A stretch of DNA of 64,000 bases from Mobula hypostoma (Eukaryota): assembly GCF_963921235.1 (NCBI RefSeq), contig NC_086097.1:125614001-125678000 (forward strand), in the 5' to 3' direction. Positions 1-12,896 of the stretch are shown here, in pieces. The position numbers were made by a program, and so were the translations under genes. The notes under the pieces were generated by a model. It was not told the DNA's origin, did no database searches, and was given only the letters and a program-made list of their open reading frames with translations. Numbering within the stretch: the first letter of the stretch is position 1; each line of letters starts with the position of its first letter.

Positions 1-1615
1 ATCTATCTCTACCTTAAATGCACCCGATGACTTGGCTTCCACAGCCACTCATGGCAACAAATTCCATAGATTTACCACTCTCTGACTAAAGTAATTTCTC
101 TGCATTTCTGTTCTAAATGGACATTCTTCAATCCTGGAGCTGTGCTCGCTTGTCCTAGACTCCCCTACCATGGGAAATAACTTTGCCATATCTAATCTGT
201 TCAAGCCTTTTAACATTTGGAATCTTTCTATGAGATCCCCCCTCATTCTCCTGAACTCCAGGGAATACAAGCCAAGAGCTGCCAGACGTTTCTCATACGG
301 TAACCCATTCATTCCTGGAATCATTCTCGTGAATCTTCTCTGAATCCTCTCCAATATCAGTATATCCTTTCTGAAATAAGGAGCCCAAAAGTGCACACAA
401 TACTCCAAGTGTGGTTTCACAAATGCCTTATAGAGACTCAACATCACATCCCTGCTCTTATATTCTATACCTCTAGAAATGAATGCCAACATTGCATTTG
501 CCTTCTTCACAACTGACTCAACCTGGAGGTTAACCTTTAGGGTATCCTGCACAAGGACTCCAAAGTCCCTTTGCACCTCTGCATTTTGAATTCCCTCCCC
601 ATCTAAATAATAGTCTTCCGTTTATTTCTTCCACCAAAGTGCATGACCATACACTTTCCAATATTGTATTTCATTTGCCATTTCTTTGCTCATTTCCCTA
701 AACTATCTAAATCTTTCTGCAGGCTTTCTGTTTCCGCAACACCATCCGCTCTTCCATCTATCTTTGTATCGTTGGCAAATTTAGCCACAAATCCATTAAT
801 CCCACAGTCCACATCATTGACATACATCATAAAAAGCAGTGGTCCCAACGCCCACCCCTGTGGAACTCCACTGGTAGCCAGCAGCCAGCCAGAATAGGAT
901 CCCTTTATTCCCACTCTCTGTTTTCTGCCGATCAGCCAATGCTCCACCCATGTTAGTAACTCCCCTGTAATTCCATGGGATCTTATCTTGCTAAGCCGCC
1001 TCATGTGCGCAACCTTGTCAAAGGCCTTCTGAAAATCCAAGTACATCACATCTACTACATCTCCTTTGTCTACCCTGCTTGTAATTTCCTCAAAAATTGC
1101 AGTAGGTTAGTCAGGCAGGATTTTCCTTTCAGGAAACCATGCTGGCTTTTGCCTATCTTGTCATGTACCTCCAGGTACTCCATAATCTCATTCCCAACAA
1201 TCGATTCCAACAACTTCCCAACCACTGATATCAGGCTAACAGGTCTATGATTTCCTTTATGCTGCCTCCCACCCTTCTTAAATAGTGGAGAAACATTTGC
1301 AATTTTCCTGTCATTCAGTACAATGCCAGAATCTATCAATTTTTGAAGGATCATTGTTAATGCTTCTGCAATCTCTCCAGCTACTTCCTTCAGAATCCAA
1401 GGGTGCATTCCATCAGGTTCAGATTTATCCACCCTCAGATCATTAAGCTTCCTGAGCACCTTCTCAGTCGTAATTTTCACTGCACATACTTCACTTCCCT
1501 GACACTCTTGAATGTCTGGCATACTGCAGATGTCTCTTCCACTGTGAGGACTGATGCAAAATACACATTCTGTTCCTCTGCCATTACTGCGTCTCTCATT
1601 ACAATATCTCCAGCT
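1..1615 (-). mobile_element. CR1-clade LINE, degenerate ORF2 (reverse transcriptase and C-terminal region)
   Basis: ORFs 1070-1642, 690-1049 and 49-576 (-) join across frameshifts into CR1 RT motifs: NHRPVSLISVVGKLLE, QHGFLKGKSCLTNL, YLDFQKAFDKV, SGVPQG, KFANDTK, RPHLEYC-like KPHLEYC, FSQRVVNLWN. Confidence 0.95.
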
Positions 1616-1654
1616 TCCAGAATCAATGAAAACTTCACACAAAGACTAACTTGC

Positions 1655-2400
1655 ATCTAAACTGGTAATGAATTCCACAGATTCACCACCTCTGGCTAAA
1701 GAAATTCTTCTTCATCTCTGTTGTAAAGGGACATCCTTCTATACTGAAGCTGTGCCCTCTGGTCCTAAACTCACCCAGCACAGGAAACATCCTTTTCCAT
1801 ATCAACTATCTAGGTCTTTCAATATTCAATAGGTTTCAATGGGTTTTCCCCCCTCCCATTTTTCTAAACTCCAGAGAGTTCAGGCCCAGAGCCATCAAAT
1901 GCTCCTCATATGTTAACCCTTTTCATTCTTCTGGACCCTCTCCAACTCCAGCACATCCTTTCTTAGATGAAGGGCCCAAAACTGCTTACTATATTCCAAT
2001 TACGGTCTGACCAATGCCTTACAAATCCTCAGTATTACACTCTACTTAAATGTTCTCGTCCTCTCAAAATGAATACTAACATTGCATCTGCCTTCCTTTC
2101 CAACTCAACCTGCAAGTTAACCTTTAGGGAAGCCTGCATGAGGACTCCCAAGTTCTTTTACACCTCCAATTTCCGAGTTTGCTCCTCTTTTCGAAAATAG
2201 TCTACATTTTTTTTCCTTCCACCAAAGTACATGACCACACACTTCCCTACGGTGTTCTATCTGCCACTTCTTTGCCCATTCTCCTAGTCCCTCTACAGGC
2301 TCCCTGCTTCCTCGACGCTACTTGCCCCCTCCACCCACCTTTGTATCGTTGGCTATTTTGGCCACAAAGCCATCAATTCCGGCATTCAAATCATTGACAC
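1655..2400 (-). mobile_element. Second, older CR1 3' fragment
   Basis: Nucleotide-level paralogy to positions 40-830 (e.g. 'gaattccacagattcaccacctctggctaaagaaattc', 'caactcaacctgcaagttaacctttaggg'). Confidence 0.85.
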
Positions 2401-2766
2401 ATGTGACTCAATGACTCTTTTGAAATAGTAATTTTCCTTTTATCATGAAAGAATAAAAGTCCAAAGTCCTGAGAAGCAACAATCCATTTAATGAGAGATG
2501 ACACTAACACCCCATCAAAAAACTGCAACAACATTTCAGACTCTTAATCTGGGCACTGTTCCATTAGCAAAGATTAAATTCCGATTCCTTAACCTAATTA
2601 GAGTGAAACAGCAGTCGGTGCCTAGAGCAACGTTGTCAATTAAATGAAGTAAACACTGACAGGTCACAATAATGCAAATATCAGCGATTCCTCTTACTTG
2701 AGGATTAAAATCTCAGCGGCACTGTGGTGTGTAGCTCTGAGGTAATGAAACCCAGTCTTTATGATC

Positions 2767-3245
2767 AATGCACACAAAATGCTGGAGGATCTCAGCAGAT
2801 CAGGCAGCATCTATGGAGGGGAATAAACAGTCGACATTATGGGACAAGACCATTCATCAGGACTGGAAAGGAAGGGAGAAGAAGCCAGAATAAGAAGGTG
2901 GGGGAGGAAGAGGAAGGGGTACAAACTGGCAGATGGCAGGTGACAGGTGAAGCCAGGTGTGGGGGAAGGTGGGTGGGTGAAGTGAGACATTGGGAGGTGG
3001 CAGGTTGAAAAGGTAAAGGGCTGAAGAAGAAATCTGACAGGAGAGGACATTGGAAAAGGAAGGAGGAGAAGCACCAGGGAGTGGTGAGGAGAAGAGAAGG
3101 GGTAAGAGGGGAGCCAGAATAGGGGATGGAAAGAGAGAGAAGGGGGAGTGGGGAGAAATTGCCAGAAATTAGAAAAGTTGATGCTCATGCCATCAGGTTG
3201 GAGCCTACCCAGACGGATTAGAGGTGTTGCTCCTCCAACCTGTCT
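2767..3245 (-). mobile_element. Penelope-like element 3' fragment (end of endonuclease plus pseudo-LTR)
   Basis: Minus strand encodes ...GRLQPDGMSINFSNF, matching the C-terminus of the 43686-45179 ORF. It is followed by a pyrimidine-rich 3' region and a decayed hammerhead motif near 2829-2864. Confidence 0.85.
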
Positions 3246-3484
3246 TTAAGATGATCTGTTTAACGGAGTCAAGGGATCAAGGAGTTCAGAATCCAACTTC
3301 CATCAATTTGGGAAAGATTGGGGTGGCTTTGAACCACCATGCTCTGATCCTTACATCACCTTGGTGCAATCAATCAGCACAGCTCAGAAGGCAGATGAGT
3401 GTGAACCATTCTGCTATGGGTTGAGAGTCACACAGGTTAAACCATGTAAAGAAGAGAAATAAGAGCAGCTTCTAATTCCAACAG

Positions 3485-4541
3485 CTGGTGAACGCAGCAG
3501 GCCAAGCAGCATCTATAGGAAGAGGCGCAGTCGACGTTTTAGGCCGAGACCCTTCGTCAGGACTAACTGAAGGAAGAGTGAGTAAGGGATTTGAAAGCTG
3601 GAGGGGGAGGGGGAGATGCAAAATGATAGGAGAAGACAGGAGGGGGAGGGATAGAGCCGAGAGCTGGACAGGTGATAGGCAAAAGGGGATATGAGAGGAT
3701 CATGGGACAGGAGGTCCGGGAAGAAAGACAAGGGGGGGGGTGACCCAGAGGATGGGCAAGAGGTATATTCAGAGGGACAGAGGGAGAAAAAGGAGAGTGA
3801 GAGAAAGAATGTGTGCATAAAAATGAGTAACAGATGGGGTACGAGGGGGAGGTGGGGCCTTAGCGGAAGTTAGAGAAGTCAATGTTCATGCCATCAGGTT
3901 GGAGGCTACCCAGACGGAATATAAGGTGTTGTTCCTCCAACCTGAGTGTGGCTTCATCTTTACAGTAGAGGAGGCCGTGGATAGACATGTCAGAATGGGA
4001 ATGGGATGTGGAATTAAAATGTGTGGCCACTGGGAGATCCTGCTTTCTCTGGCGGACAGAGCGTAGATGTTCAGCAAAGCGGTCTCCCAGTCTGCGTCGG
4101 GTCTCACCAATATATAAAAGGCCACATCGGGAGCACCGGACGCAGTATATCACCCCAGTCAACTCACAGGTGAAGTGATGCCTCACCTGGAAGGACTGTT
4201 TGGGGCCCTGAATGGTGGTAAGGGAGGAAGTGTAAGGGCATGTGTAGCACTTGTTCCGCTTACACGGATAAGTGCCAGGAGGGAGATCAGTGGGGAGGGA
4301 TGGGGGGGACGAATGGACAAGGGAGTTGTGTAGGGAGCGATCCCTGCGGAAAGCAAAGTGGGGGGGAGGGAAAGATGTGCTTAGTGGTGGGATCCCGTTG
4401 GAGGTGGCGGAAGTTACGGAGAGTAATATGTTGGACCTGGAGGCTGGTGGGGTGGTAGGTGAGGACCAGGGGAACCCTATTCCTAGTGGGGTGGTGGGAG
4501 GATGGTGGGAGAATTTCCAGCATCTGCAGAATTCCTGTTGT
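3485..4541 (-). mobile_element. Penelope-like element, 5'-truncated, with GIY-YIG endonuclease region and an oppositely oriented terminal piece
   Basis: ORF 3860-4186 (-) GVIYCVRCSRCGLLYIGETRRRLGDRFAEH is nearly identical to the copy at 44.5-45.55 kb. Imperfect TSD: ttctaattccaacag (3470-3484) / ttctatttctaacag (4542-4556). Confidence 0.93.
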
Positions 4542-4739
4542 TTCTATTTCTAACAGAGAGGTTTATGTTCTTTTTTTTCCCCAATTGCTTCTGAGTATTA
4601 GTTCTTCTCCTCACAAAGATTTAGCGGCAGAATTTTGTGGTCTACACTAAACGGCTGTGTGACTTTCTCCCTGACACCACAAACCAAACTTTCTATCAAA
4701 CTTCCAGCAAGAAGTTCTGTTGCTTTGGTATTTTGGGAG

Positions 4740-4955
4740 CGGGGCGGTCGTGCAGCAATTAACACAATACATTACAGTACTGGCTGTAAGATCAGGGGTT
4801 CAATTTCTGCCACTGTCTGTGTCCTCCCTGTGGCCACGTGGGTTTCCTCCGGATGCTCCAGTTCCCTTCCACATCCCAAAGACATGCGGTGTGGGCTAGT
4901 GAGTTCCGGGCATGGGCAGGCTATATGGATGTTGGAACGGCGGCAATGCTTGTGG
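4740..4955 (+). mobile_element. V-SINE (HE1-like tRNA-derived SINE) fragment
   Basis: Degenerate B-box 'ggggttcaatttc' and V-domain 'gggtttcctccggatgctccagttcccttccacatcccaaagacatgc'. Confidence 0.7.
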
Positions 4956-4959
4956 CAGA

Positions 4960-6300
4960 CAGGCGAGGCCAGATGAGGAAGAAGGTAGGTGGGCGCGGAA
5001 GGGGGGAGTGAGAAGCGCGGAGGTGATAGGTGGAAATGATAAGGTGCTGAAGAAGGAATCTGATTGGAGAAAACAGAAAGACCACGGGAGAAAGGGCTGG
5101 TGGAGGAGCACCAGAGGAAGGTGTTGGGCAGGTGAGGAGAAAACAAGGTGTGAGAGAGGAGCCAGAATGGGGGATGAAAAAAGTGAGAAGTGTGAGGGGA
5201 GAGAAGTTACTGACAGTTAGAGAAATTGATGTTTATGCCATCAAGTTGGAGGCTATCCAGGTGAAATATGAGGTAATGCTCCTCTAACCCAAGAGTGGTC
5301 TCATCATGATGTGATTCTGACATGTCAGATTGGGAATGGGTAGTGGAATTAAAATGGTTGGCCACTGGGAAATCCTGCCCTGACCGGCATCTCCTCCATT
5401 TCCCGGACATCTATTCCCACCACATTAATAGGGATGGATGCAACTCCTCAAGCCTCCGCATCCAACATATCATCCTATGTAACCTCTTCAACCAGACCCT
5501 ATCACTATACACACCGTCCCCTCCCCACCTCTCTCTGCTTCCTGCCGCAGAGATCGGTCTCTCTGTGACTCCCTTGTCCATTCATTCTTCCCCACTGATC
5601 TTTCTCCTGGCACTTACCCCTGCAAGGAGCACAAGTACACCGGCCGTTGGGGTCATCTACTATATCCAGTGCACCTGCTGCACCTGCCCCTACATAGGTA
5701 AGACCCGATGCATATTGGGGGACCACTTTGTTGAGCACTTATTCTCTATTCTCATCAGGCAGGATTTCCCAGTGGCCAACCATTTTAATTCCACTGCCCA
5801 TTCCCATTCTGACATGTCAGCCTATGGTCTCCTTTACTGCAATGATGAGGCCTCTCTCAGAATAAAGGAGCAACACCTCGTATTCCATCTGGGTAGCCTT
5901 CAACTTGATAGCATGAACATCAATTTCTCTAACTTCCCATAATTTCTCCTCCCTTCCTCTTGTCTTACCCATTCTGGCTCTACTCTTGGCCCTTCTCTGC
6001 TCCTCACCTACCCATCGCCTCCCGCTGGTACCTCTCCTCCATTTTCTCCCATGGTCCACTCCCCTCTCCTATCAGATTCTTCCTTCTTCAGTCCTTTATC
6101 TTTTCCTCCAATCACCTCCCAGCTACTCACTTCATTCCCCTCCCCCACCCACCTTCCCCCTCACCTGGTCTAACTATCACCCACCAGCCTGTACTCCTCC
6201 CCTCCCCCACCTTCTTATTCTGGTTTCTTCATCTCGACTATTCCACTCCATGGATTCTGCCTGACCCGCTGAGTTCCTCCAGCATCTTGTATGTGTTATC
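4960..6300. mobile_element. Pair of older PLE fragments in opposite orientations
   Basis: Both 5207-5410 (-) and 5322-5942 (+) translate to decayed PLE endonuclease (QDFPVANHFNS...FHLGSLQLD..NINFSN). Confidence 0.85.
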
Positions 6301-7157
6301 AAAGATGTACAGCAATAGTTAGTGAGTAATGGGCATGCTATGTTGGAGCACAATCTTCGCTGGTTTGACTTGATTCAAACGATGCATTTTGCTGTATATT
6401 TTGATGCATATGCAATAAGTAAAACTGACCTACTCTGATGCAGGCTTCAGCAAATTCACAGACCCCTATAATATTCCTGAGGCACTTTGTTTTGTCCCAG
6501 TTAAAATCACAAGAGTCAAGATTCAAGATTGTTTACTGTCATTCTTCAGTGCACAAGTGAAATGATTGTTAGTCCAGATCCGATACATCATAAAGAACAC
6601 AATTTTTAAAAAAAAACAATGTGACCTGAGAGTACTTGTGGTTTTACAGCAGGTGTATTTATACATTGGAGCAAATCCATCACTTTAATGAATCTGCTTT
6701 AATAAATAGGACAATGGAGTGTTTCCTGGAGCGCTGTGCTCTGTCCCGGAACCTGGTGAGTATCTGTTCTGCTTACGCCTGTGTTGAGCTTCTGTCCTGG
6801 CCTGCTGTTAAAGCTGTAAGGACCGCAAGAGGTTGATAGGCAAGATCCTCCCATTGTGGGCAGCTTACTGGGGCCTGAAATATCGCAAGTTGCTACTCCA
6901 CTTCCTGAACAGGGACAATCGTACATGCATGATAGAAAACGGAGGACTATGTAGGAATTAAGGGCTACATTGATCTTAGAGTAGGTTAACAGGTTAGCAC
7001 AACATAATGGGCCGAAGGGTCTGTACAGTGCTCCTATGTTCTACAGACTGTGGGGCTGTTAGCATGAAGGTACAACGCTGTTGTCATCATAAGCTGCAGG
7101 ATCTTTTCATCCCAGTAGACAGGGATAAAACTGGTCAAAAAATACAGCCTGGAATAA

Positions 7158-8657
7158 ACATAGAAACATAGAAACATAGAAAATAGGTGCAGGAGTAGGC
7201 CATTCGGCCCTTCCAGCCTGCACCGCCATTTATTATGATCATGGCTGATCATCCAACTCAGAACCCCGCCTCAGCCTTCCCTCCATACTCCCTGACCCCT
7301 GTAGCCACAAGGGCCATATCTAACTCCCTCTTAAACATAGCCAATGAACTGGCCTCAACTGTTTCCTGTGGCAGAGAATTCCACAGATTCACCACTCTCT
7401 GTGTGAAGAAGTTTTTCCTAATCTCGGTCCTAAAAGGCTTCCCTTTTATCCTCAAACTGTGGCCCCTCGTTCTGGACTTCCCCAACATCGGGAACAATCT
7501 TCCTGCATCTAGCTGTCCAATCCCTTTAGGATCTTATACGTTTCAATCAGATCCCCCCTCAATCTTCTAAATTCCAACGAGTACAAGCCCAGTTCATCCA
7601 GTCTTTCTTCATATGAAAGTCCTGCCATCCCAGGAATCAATCTGGTGAACCTTCTTTGTACTCCCTCTAAGGCAAGGATGTCTTTCCTCAGATTAGGGGA
7701 CCAAAACTGCACACAATACTCCAGGTGTGGTCTCACCAAGGCCTTGTACAACTGCAGTAGTACCTCCCTGCTCCTGTACTCGAATCCTCTCGCTATAAAT
7801 GCCAGCATACCATTCGCCTTTTTCACCGCCTGCTGTACCTGCATGCCCACTTTCAATGACTGGTGTATAATGACACCCAGGTCTCGTTGCACCTCCCCTT
7901 TTCCTAATCGGCCATCATTCAGATAATAATCTGTTTTCCTATTTTTGCCACCAAAGTGGATAACTTCACATTTATCCACATTAAATTGCATCTGCCATGA
8001 ATTTGCCCACTCACCCAACCTATCCAAGTCACCCTGCATCCTCTTAGCATCCTCCTCACAGCTAACACTGCCACCCAGCTTCGTGTCATCCGCAAACCTG
8101 GAGATGCTGCATTTAATTCCCTCATCCAAGTCATTAATATATATTGTAAACAACTGGGGTCCCAGCACTGAGCCTTGCGGTACCCCACTAGTCACTGCCT
8201 GCCATTCTGAAAAGGTCCTGTTTATTCCCACTCTTTGCTTCCTGTCTGCTAACCAATTCTCCACCCACACCAATACCTTACCCCCAAAACCGTGTGCTTT
8301 AAGTTTGCACACTAATCTCCTGTGTGGGACCTTGTCAAAAACCTTTTGAAAATCCAAATATACCACATCCACTGGTTCTCCCCTATCCACTCTACTAGTT
8401 ACATCCTCAAAAAATTCTATGAGATTCGTCAGACATGATTTTCCTTTCACAAATCCATGCTGACTTTGTCCGATCATTTCACCGCTTTCCAAATGTGCTG
8501 TTATCACATCCTTGATAACTGACTCCAGCAGTTTCCCCACCACCGACGTTAGGCTAATCGGTCTATAATTCCCCGGTTTCTCTCTCCCTCCTTTTTTAAA
8601 AAGTGGAGTTACATTAGCCACCCTCCAATCCTCAGGAACTAGTCCAGAATCTAACGG
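7158..8657 (-). mobile_element. Young 5'-truncated CR1 LINE with microsatellite tail
   Basis: 370-aa open RT frame (7509-8621) plus frameshifted C-terminus (7258-7497). The (catagaaa)n tail lies at ~7159-7182 on the + strand. Confidence 0.95.
7509..8621 (-). CDS. CR1 ORF2 reverse transcriptase fragment (no true start)
   Basis: Motifs NYRPISLTSVVGKLLE, YLDFQKVFDKV, SGVPQGSVLGP, FADDTKL and VRPHLEYCVQFW. Confidence 0.9.
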   Translation of the reverse strand: MANVTPLFKKGGREKPGNYRPISLTSVVGKLLESVIKDVITAHLESGEMIGQSQHGFVKGKSCLTNLIEFFEDVTSRVDRGEPVDVVYLDFQKVFDKVPHRRLVCKLKAHGFGGKVLVWVENWLADRKQRVGINRTFSEWQAVTSGVPQGSVLGPQLFTIYINDLDEGIKCSISRFADDTKLGGSVSCEEDAKRMQGDLDRLGEWANSWQMQFNVDKCEVIHFGGKNRKTDYYLNDGRLGKGEVQRDLGVIIHQSLKVGMQVQQAVKKANGMLAFIARGFEYRSREVLLQLYKALVRPHLEYCVQFWSPNLRKDILALEGVQRRFTRLIPGMAGLSYEERLDELGLYSLEFRRLRGDLIETYKILKGLDS

Positions 8658-8947
8658 GTTCTACTCTAGTTTGAAGACTAAAGCCTGGACCGAAGTTACA
8701 TCTATCCCCAGCCTTGCTGAATCCTTACAAATGTTGTCTTACCTGCCTATTTCCTTAAATATAACAAAACTGAAACATGTTATTCATTTGATTGCAGGTC
8801 TGGAGTTCAAGGCCTAGTGTTCAGTAATTGGCGGGTTCTGGGGTCGATGCTGTTGATCAAGGCCCCAAGAGTCAAATTAGAAGTCTGTAGATCGAGGCCC
8901 ATTGGCCAAAGTGCAAAGGTGCAAACCTCTGCGAGTTCAGTGGAGTA

Positions 8948-9480
8948 TTGAATTGAATGATCTTTATTGTCATTATACACAGGTACAATGAAACTCTGTT
9001 TGGCTTCCTCTCAGGCAATTAAATAAAGCGGTAGATAAAAACAAGACAGTAATAGAAAAACAGTATTAAATAGATAAGTAACAGAAAATAAGTTGCAGCA
9101 GCACCAGAATATCACAGTAATGCACAAAGTGCTGTTACTGCAAGTATTTGAGTCCATGTGTGAGCTCACAGTTTCAGTCATTGTTCTGTGGGAGTGGTGT
9201 GATAGAGGCCACAGCTCTGGGATAGAAGCTGCTCCTCAGTCTATTTGTTCTGGCTTTTAGTGTCCTGAACCTTTTGCTGGACGGCAGCGGGTCAAACAGG
9301 GAGTGTCCGGGGTGTGTGGTATCTCTGGTTATGCTGATTGCTTTCCTCCTGAGTCTGCTGGAGTAGATGGTGTCCAGTCCTGGGAGCTCCATCCTGACAA
9401 TTCGCTGGGCCGCCTTCACCACACGATGCAGGTCTTGTCGCTCAGCGGCTGTGCAGCTAGCATACCACACCGTGGCGCTG
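8948..9480 (-). mobile_element. Rex1/Babar LINE 3' fragment
   Basis: ORF 9174-9470: WYASCT...RDTTHPGHSLFDPLPSSKRFR...TNRLRSSFYPRAV, the typical Rex1 C-terminus. Short (attca)n-like tail. Confidence 0.85.
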
Positions 9481-9957
9481 TAGTCGAAGGATGTCCGGGA
9501 GCCTCAGTCTGCTAGAGGCCAAAAAAGACAGCCTGTTCTGGGGTTAGAGGACTGTGTGTGACGGGGGTGGGGGGGGAAGAGAGGGAGAACAGGGCTCATT
9601 TTGCTGTAGTTGTTTTGTTGCTTGTTGTGCTCTGTGTTGTTCTGCCAAGCATGTTGGCATGCTATGCTGGCGCTGGAACGTGAAGTAACACTTACAGGCT
9701 GCTCTCAGTACCCCCTCAGAGTGCTGGTTGTTAACACTAACGACATATTTAACTGCATACTTGTTTCAATGTACACGTGATAAAAAGAAACTTGAATCCT
9801 GAATTTTGAGAATAGAACATTGATTATCGATCAACGTGTTGTCATGGACTTTATTGAAACAGTTGTAGATGGTAAAATCATTCAGAGTTTTCCCCAACTA
9901 GGAGCCCTGGATGAACCATGGGATCCACAAGGTGCTGAGGGCCAGATCAGAGGCTCT

Positions 9958-11936
9958 CAAGTCTGGCGACCAAGAAACTTACAAAAAGTTCAGTTGCGAT
10001 CTGCAGAAAGCCATCTCACAGGCAAAGTGGCAATTCCAGACTCAAATCAGTGAAGGATACTCGACAGTTGTGGCAGAGCTTTAATACTATCACCTCTTAT
10101 GAAGTAAAATTAAGCGACATAGGTGACAACAGGACCCCTTCCAGATGAGCTCAATGCCTTCTATGCTCGCTTTGACCGACAAAACATGGAGGGACCATCA
10201 CCAACTCCCACAGTACTCGATGATTCTGTGATTTTAGTCACTGAGCCCAATGTGCGAGCAGCCTTCAGGACGGTGAACACATGAAAGGCAGCCGGCCCAG
10301 ATGGGGCACCTGGCCAAGTATTAAAAACCTGTGCTGATCAACTGGACGGAGTGTTCACTGATATCTTTAACCTCTAGCTCCATCAGTCTGAGGTGCCCAC
10401 CTACTTCAAGCAGGCTTCAATTATACCAGTGCCCAAGGAGAACGTGGTAACCGGCCTCAATAACTATCGCCCAGCAGCACTTGCATCCACAGTGATGAAG
10501 TGCTTTGAGAGGTTGATGATGAAACATATCAACTCCTACCTGAGAAGCAACTTGGATCTGCTCCAATTTGCCTACCAGAGCAACAGGTCCACAGCAGATA
10601 CCACTTCATTGGTTCTGCACTCAACCCTGGAATGTCTGGACATCAAAGATGCTTACATCAGGATGCTCTTTTTCAACCATACCTCTGCATTCAATGCCAT
10701 CATCCTGTCAAAGCTAATCAATGAGTTTCAAGACCTGGGCCTCAATACCTCCTTGTGCAATTGGATCCTTGACTTCCACACTTGCAGACTCCAGTCAGTT
10801 TGGATTGGCAAAAACATCTCGTCCACAATCTCCATTGGCACAGGTGCACTACAAGACTATGTGCTTACCCCTTGCTCGACTCGCTTTACATTTATGACTG
10901 TGCAGCTAAGCATAGCTCCATCTCAATATTCCAGTTTGCTGATGACACCATTGTCATTGACTAAATCAAAGGTGGTGACGAATGAATATGTAGGAGGGAG
11001 ACTGAAATTCTGGCTGAGTGCTGCCATAACAGCAACTTCTCACTCAATGTCAGCAAGACCAAAGAGCAGATTATTGCCTTCAGGAGAGGGAAAGAAGAGG
11101 TCCATGAGCCGGTACACCTTGGAGGATCAGAGGTGGAGATGGTCAGCAACCTTAAATTCCTTGGTGATATTATTGTGGAGGACCTGTCCTGGGCCCAGCA
11201 CCCAAGTGCAATTATGAAGAAAGCATTACAGTGCCTCTACTTCCCTAGGTGTTTGTGAAAGTTTGGCATGACATCTAAAACTTCGACAAGCTTCTTTAGG
11301 TGTGTGGTCGAGAGTAGATTGACTGGCTGCACCACAGCCTGGTATGGAAACATCAATGCCCTTGAATGGAAAATCCTACAAAAGGTAGTGGATATGGGCC
11401 AGACCGTCACGGGTAAAGCCGTCCCCACCAATCAGCACATTTACACGAAACATTGTCACAGGAAAGAAGCATCCAGCATCAAAGGCCCCCACCACCCAGG
11501 ACATGCTTTCTTCTCGCTGCTGCCATCAGGAGGAAGGTACAGGAGCCTCAGGACTCACATCACCAGTTCAGGAACAGTTATTACCCCTTAACCATCAGGC
11601 TCTTGAACCAAAGGAGATAACTTCACTCAACTTCACTTACCCCAACACTGGGATGTTCTCACAACCTATAGACTCACTTTCATCTCATGTTCTCAATATT
11701 TATTGCTTGCTTGCTTATGTATGTATGTATGTATGCATGTATTTATTTATTTATTATTTCTTTTTGTCTCTGTTGTCTTTTGCACTCTGTTTGAACACCC
11801 AAGTTGCGGTCTTTCATTGATTATATTATGGTTATTATTCAATTATGGATTTATTGAGTATACCTAAAAGAAAATGAATCTCAGGGTTGTATGTGTTGAC
11901 ATATATGTACTTAGATAATAAATTTAATTTGAATTT
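9958..11936 (+). mobile_element. Rex1/Babar LINE, degenerate RT and 3' UTR
   Basis: Frames 10393-11217, 10782-10964 and 11268-11591: NNYRPAALASTVMKCFERL, LQFAYQSNRSTAD, FADDT, HPGHAFFSLLPSGGRYRS. Tail 'aataaatttaatttgaattt'. Confidence 0.9.
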
Positions 11937-12896
11937 GGAAGTCCACCAGGAACTCATTCTGACCTAGGCAAAGACCTAAACCACATTGGCACAGCTCAGT
12001 GTGCCCGGCACAACCTCAACCCAAGCCCAGAACATACACTCAGCCCATGCTGGCTCCAACATATGAGATCAGTACCTTTTACTTTGGGGCAATGAAACCA
12101 AGCTCTAGCCTGGAATGCCCCAGGTGCAATGCAAAATGAAACAAGCCAGCTGGGCCAGGACTTTGACAGGCCGGTCAGGGTGGAAAATCCCCACTCTCTT
12201 CTCACTGCTGCCATCAGGAAGGAGGTACAGAAGCCTTAGGTCCCACATCACCAGGTTCAGAAACAGCTATCAGGCTCCTGAACCAGTGTGGACAACTTCA
12301 CTCACTTCAACTTCGAACTGATTCCACAACCAACAGGGACTCACTTTCAAGGTCTCCACATCTCATGTTCTCAATATTAGTTCATATTTATTTATTTAAT
12401 TATGTTGGGAATTTTTTCTTTTTTGTATTTACATAATTTGTTGGTTGGTCTGTTTATCAGTCTTTGTGTGCAGTTTTTCACTGAATCTATTGTGTTTATT
12501 TGTATTTACTGTGAATGCCCACAAGAAAATGAATCACAGGGTAGTATATGGTGACATATATATACTTTGATAACAAATTATCTTTGAACTTTGAAGCAGC
12601 AGAGAACTGCTGTGCCGCTATGATATATTTCCTGCAGGACTCTAAAGGGACGTGACTATTCAGGAGAGGTCAGGACCCGTCTTGACAAAGACAGTCTGAG
12701 ACCCAGATGGAAAAAATGAGCAGTATTCTTCCAAGATCTAGGGCAGAGTTTCTAATGGAAACAGAGAGGTGAAGGAGAAGGAAGAGGTAGCGGGTTAGGA
12801 ACTAGTGATGGTGCTAGTGAGCATACATTGGACAATCTATAAAACCTACTTATACTCTGGGGAATGGTTTAGTGATTGCAGCTTCTCTGATGATCA

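Noticed and set aside
6710..6761. Possible 46-nt exon (tag|GACAAT...CCTG|gtgagt)
   Set aside because: Good donor but no polypyrimidine tract, an unrecognisable peptide and no partner exons.
8738..8780. Minus-strand donor CAG|gtaag with a possible microexon
   Set aside because: Motifs of this quality are expected by chance and the peptide is not recognisable.
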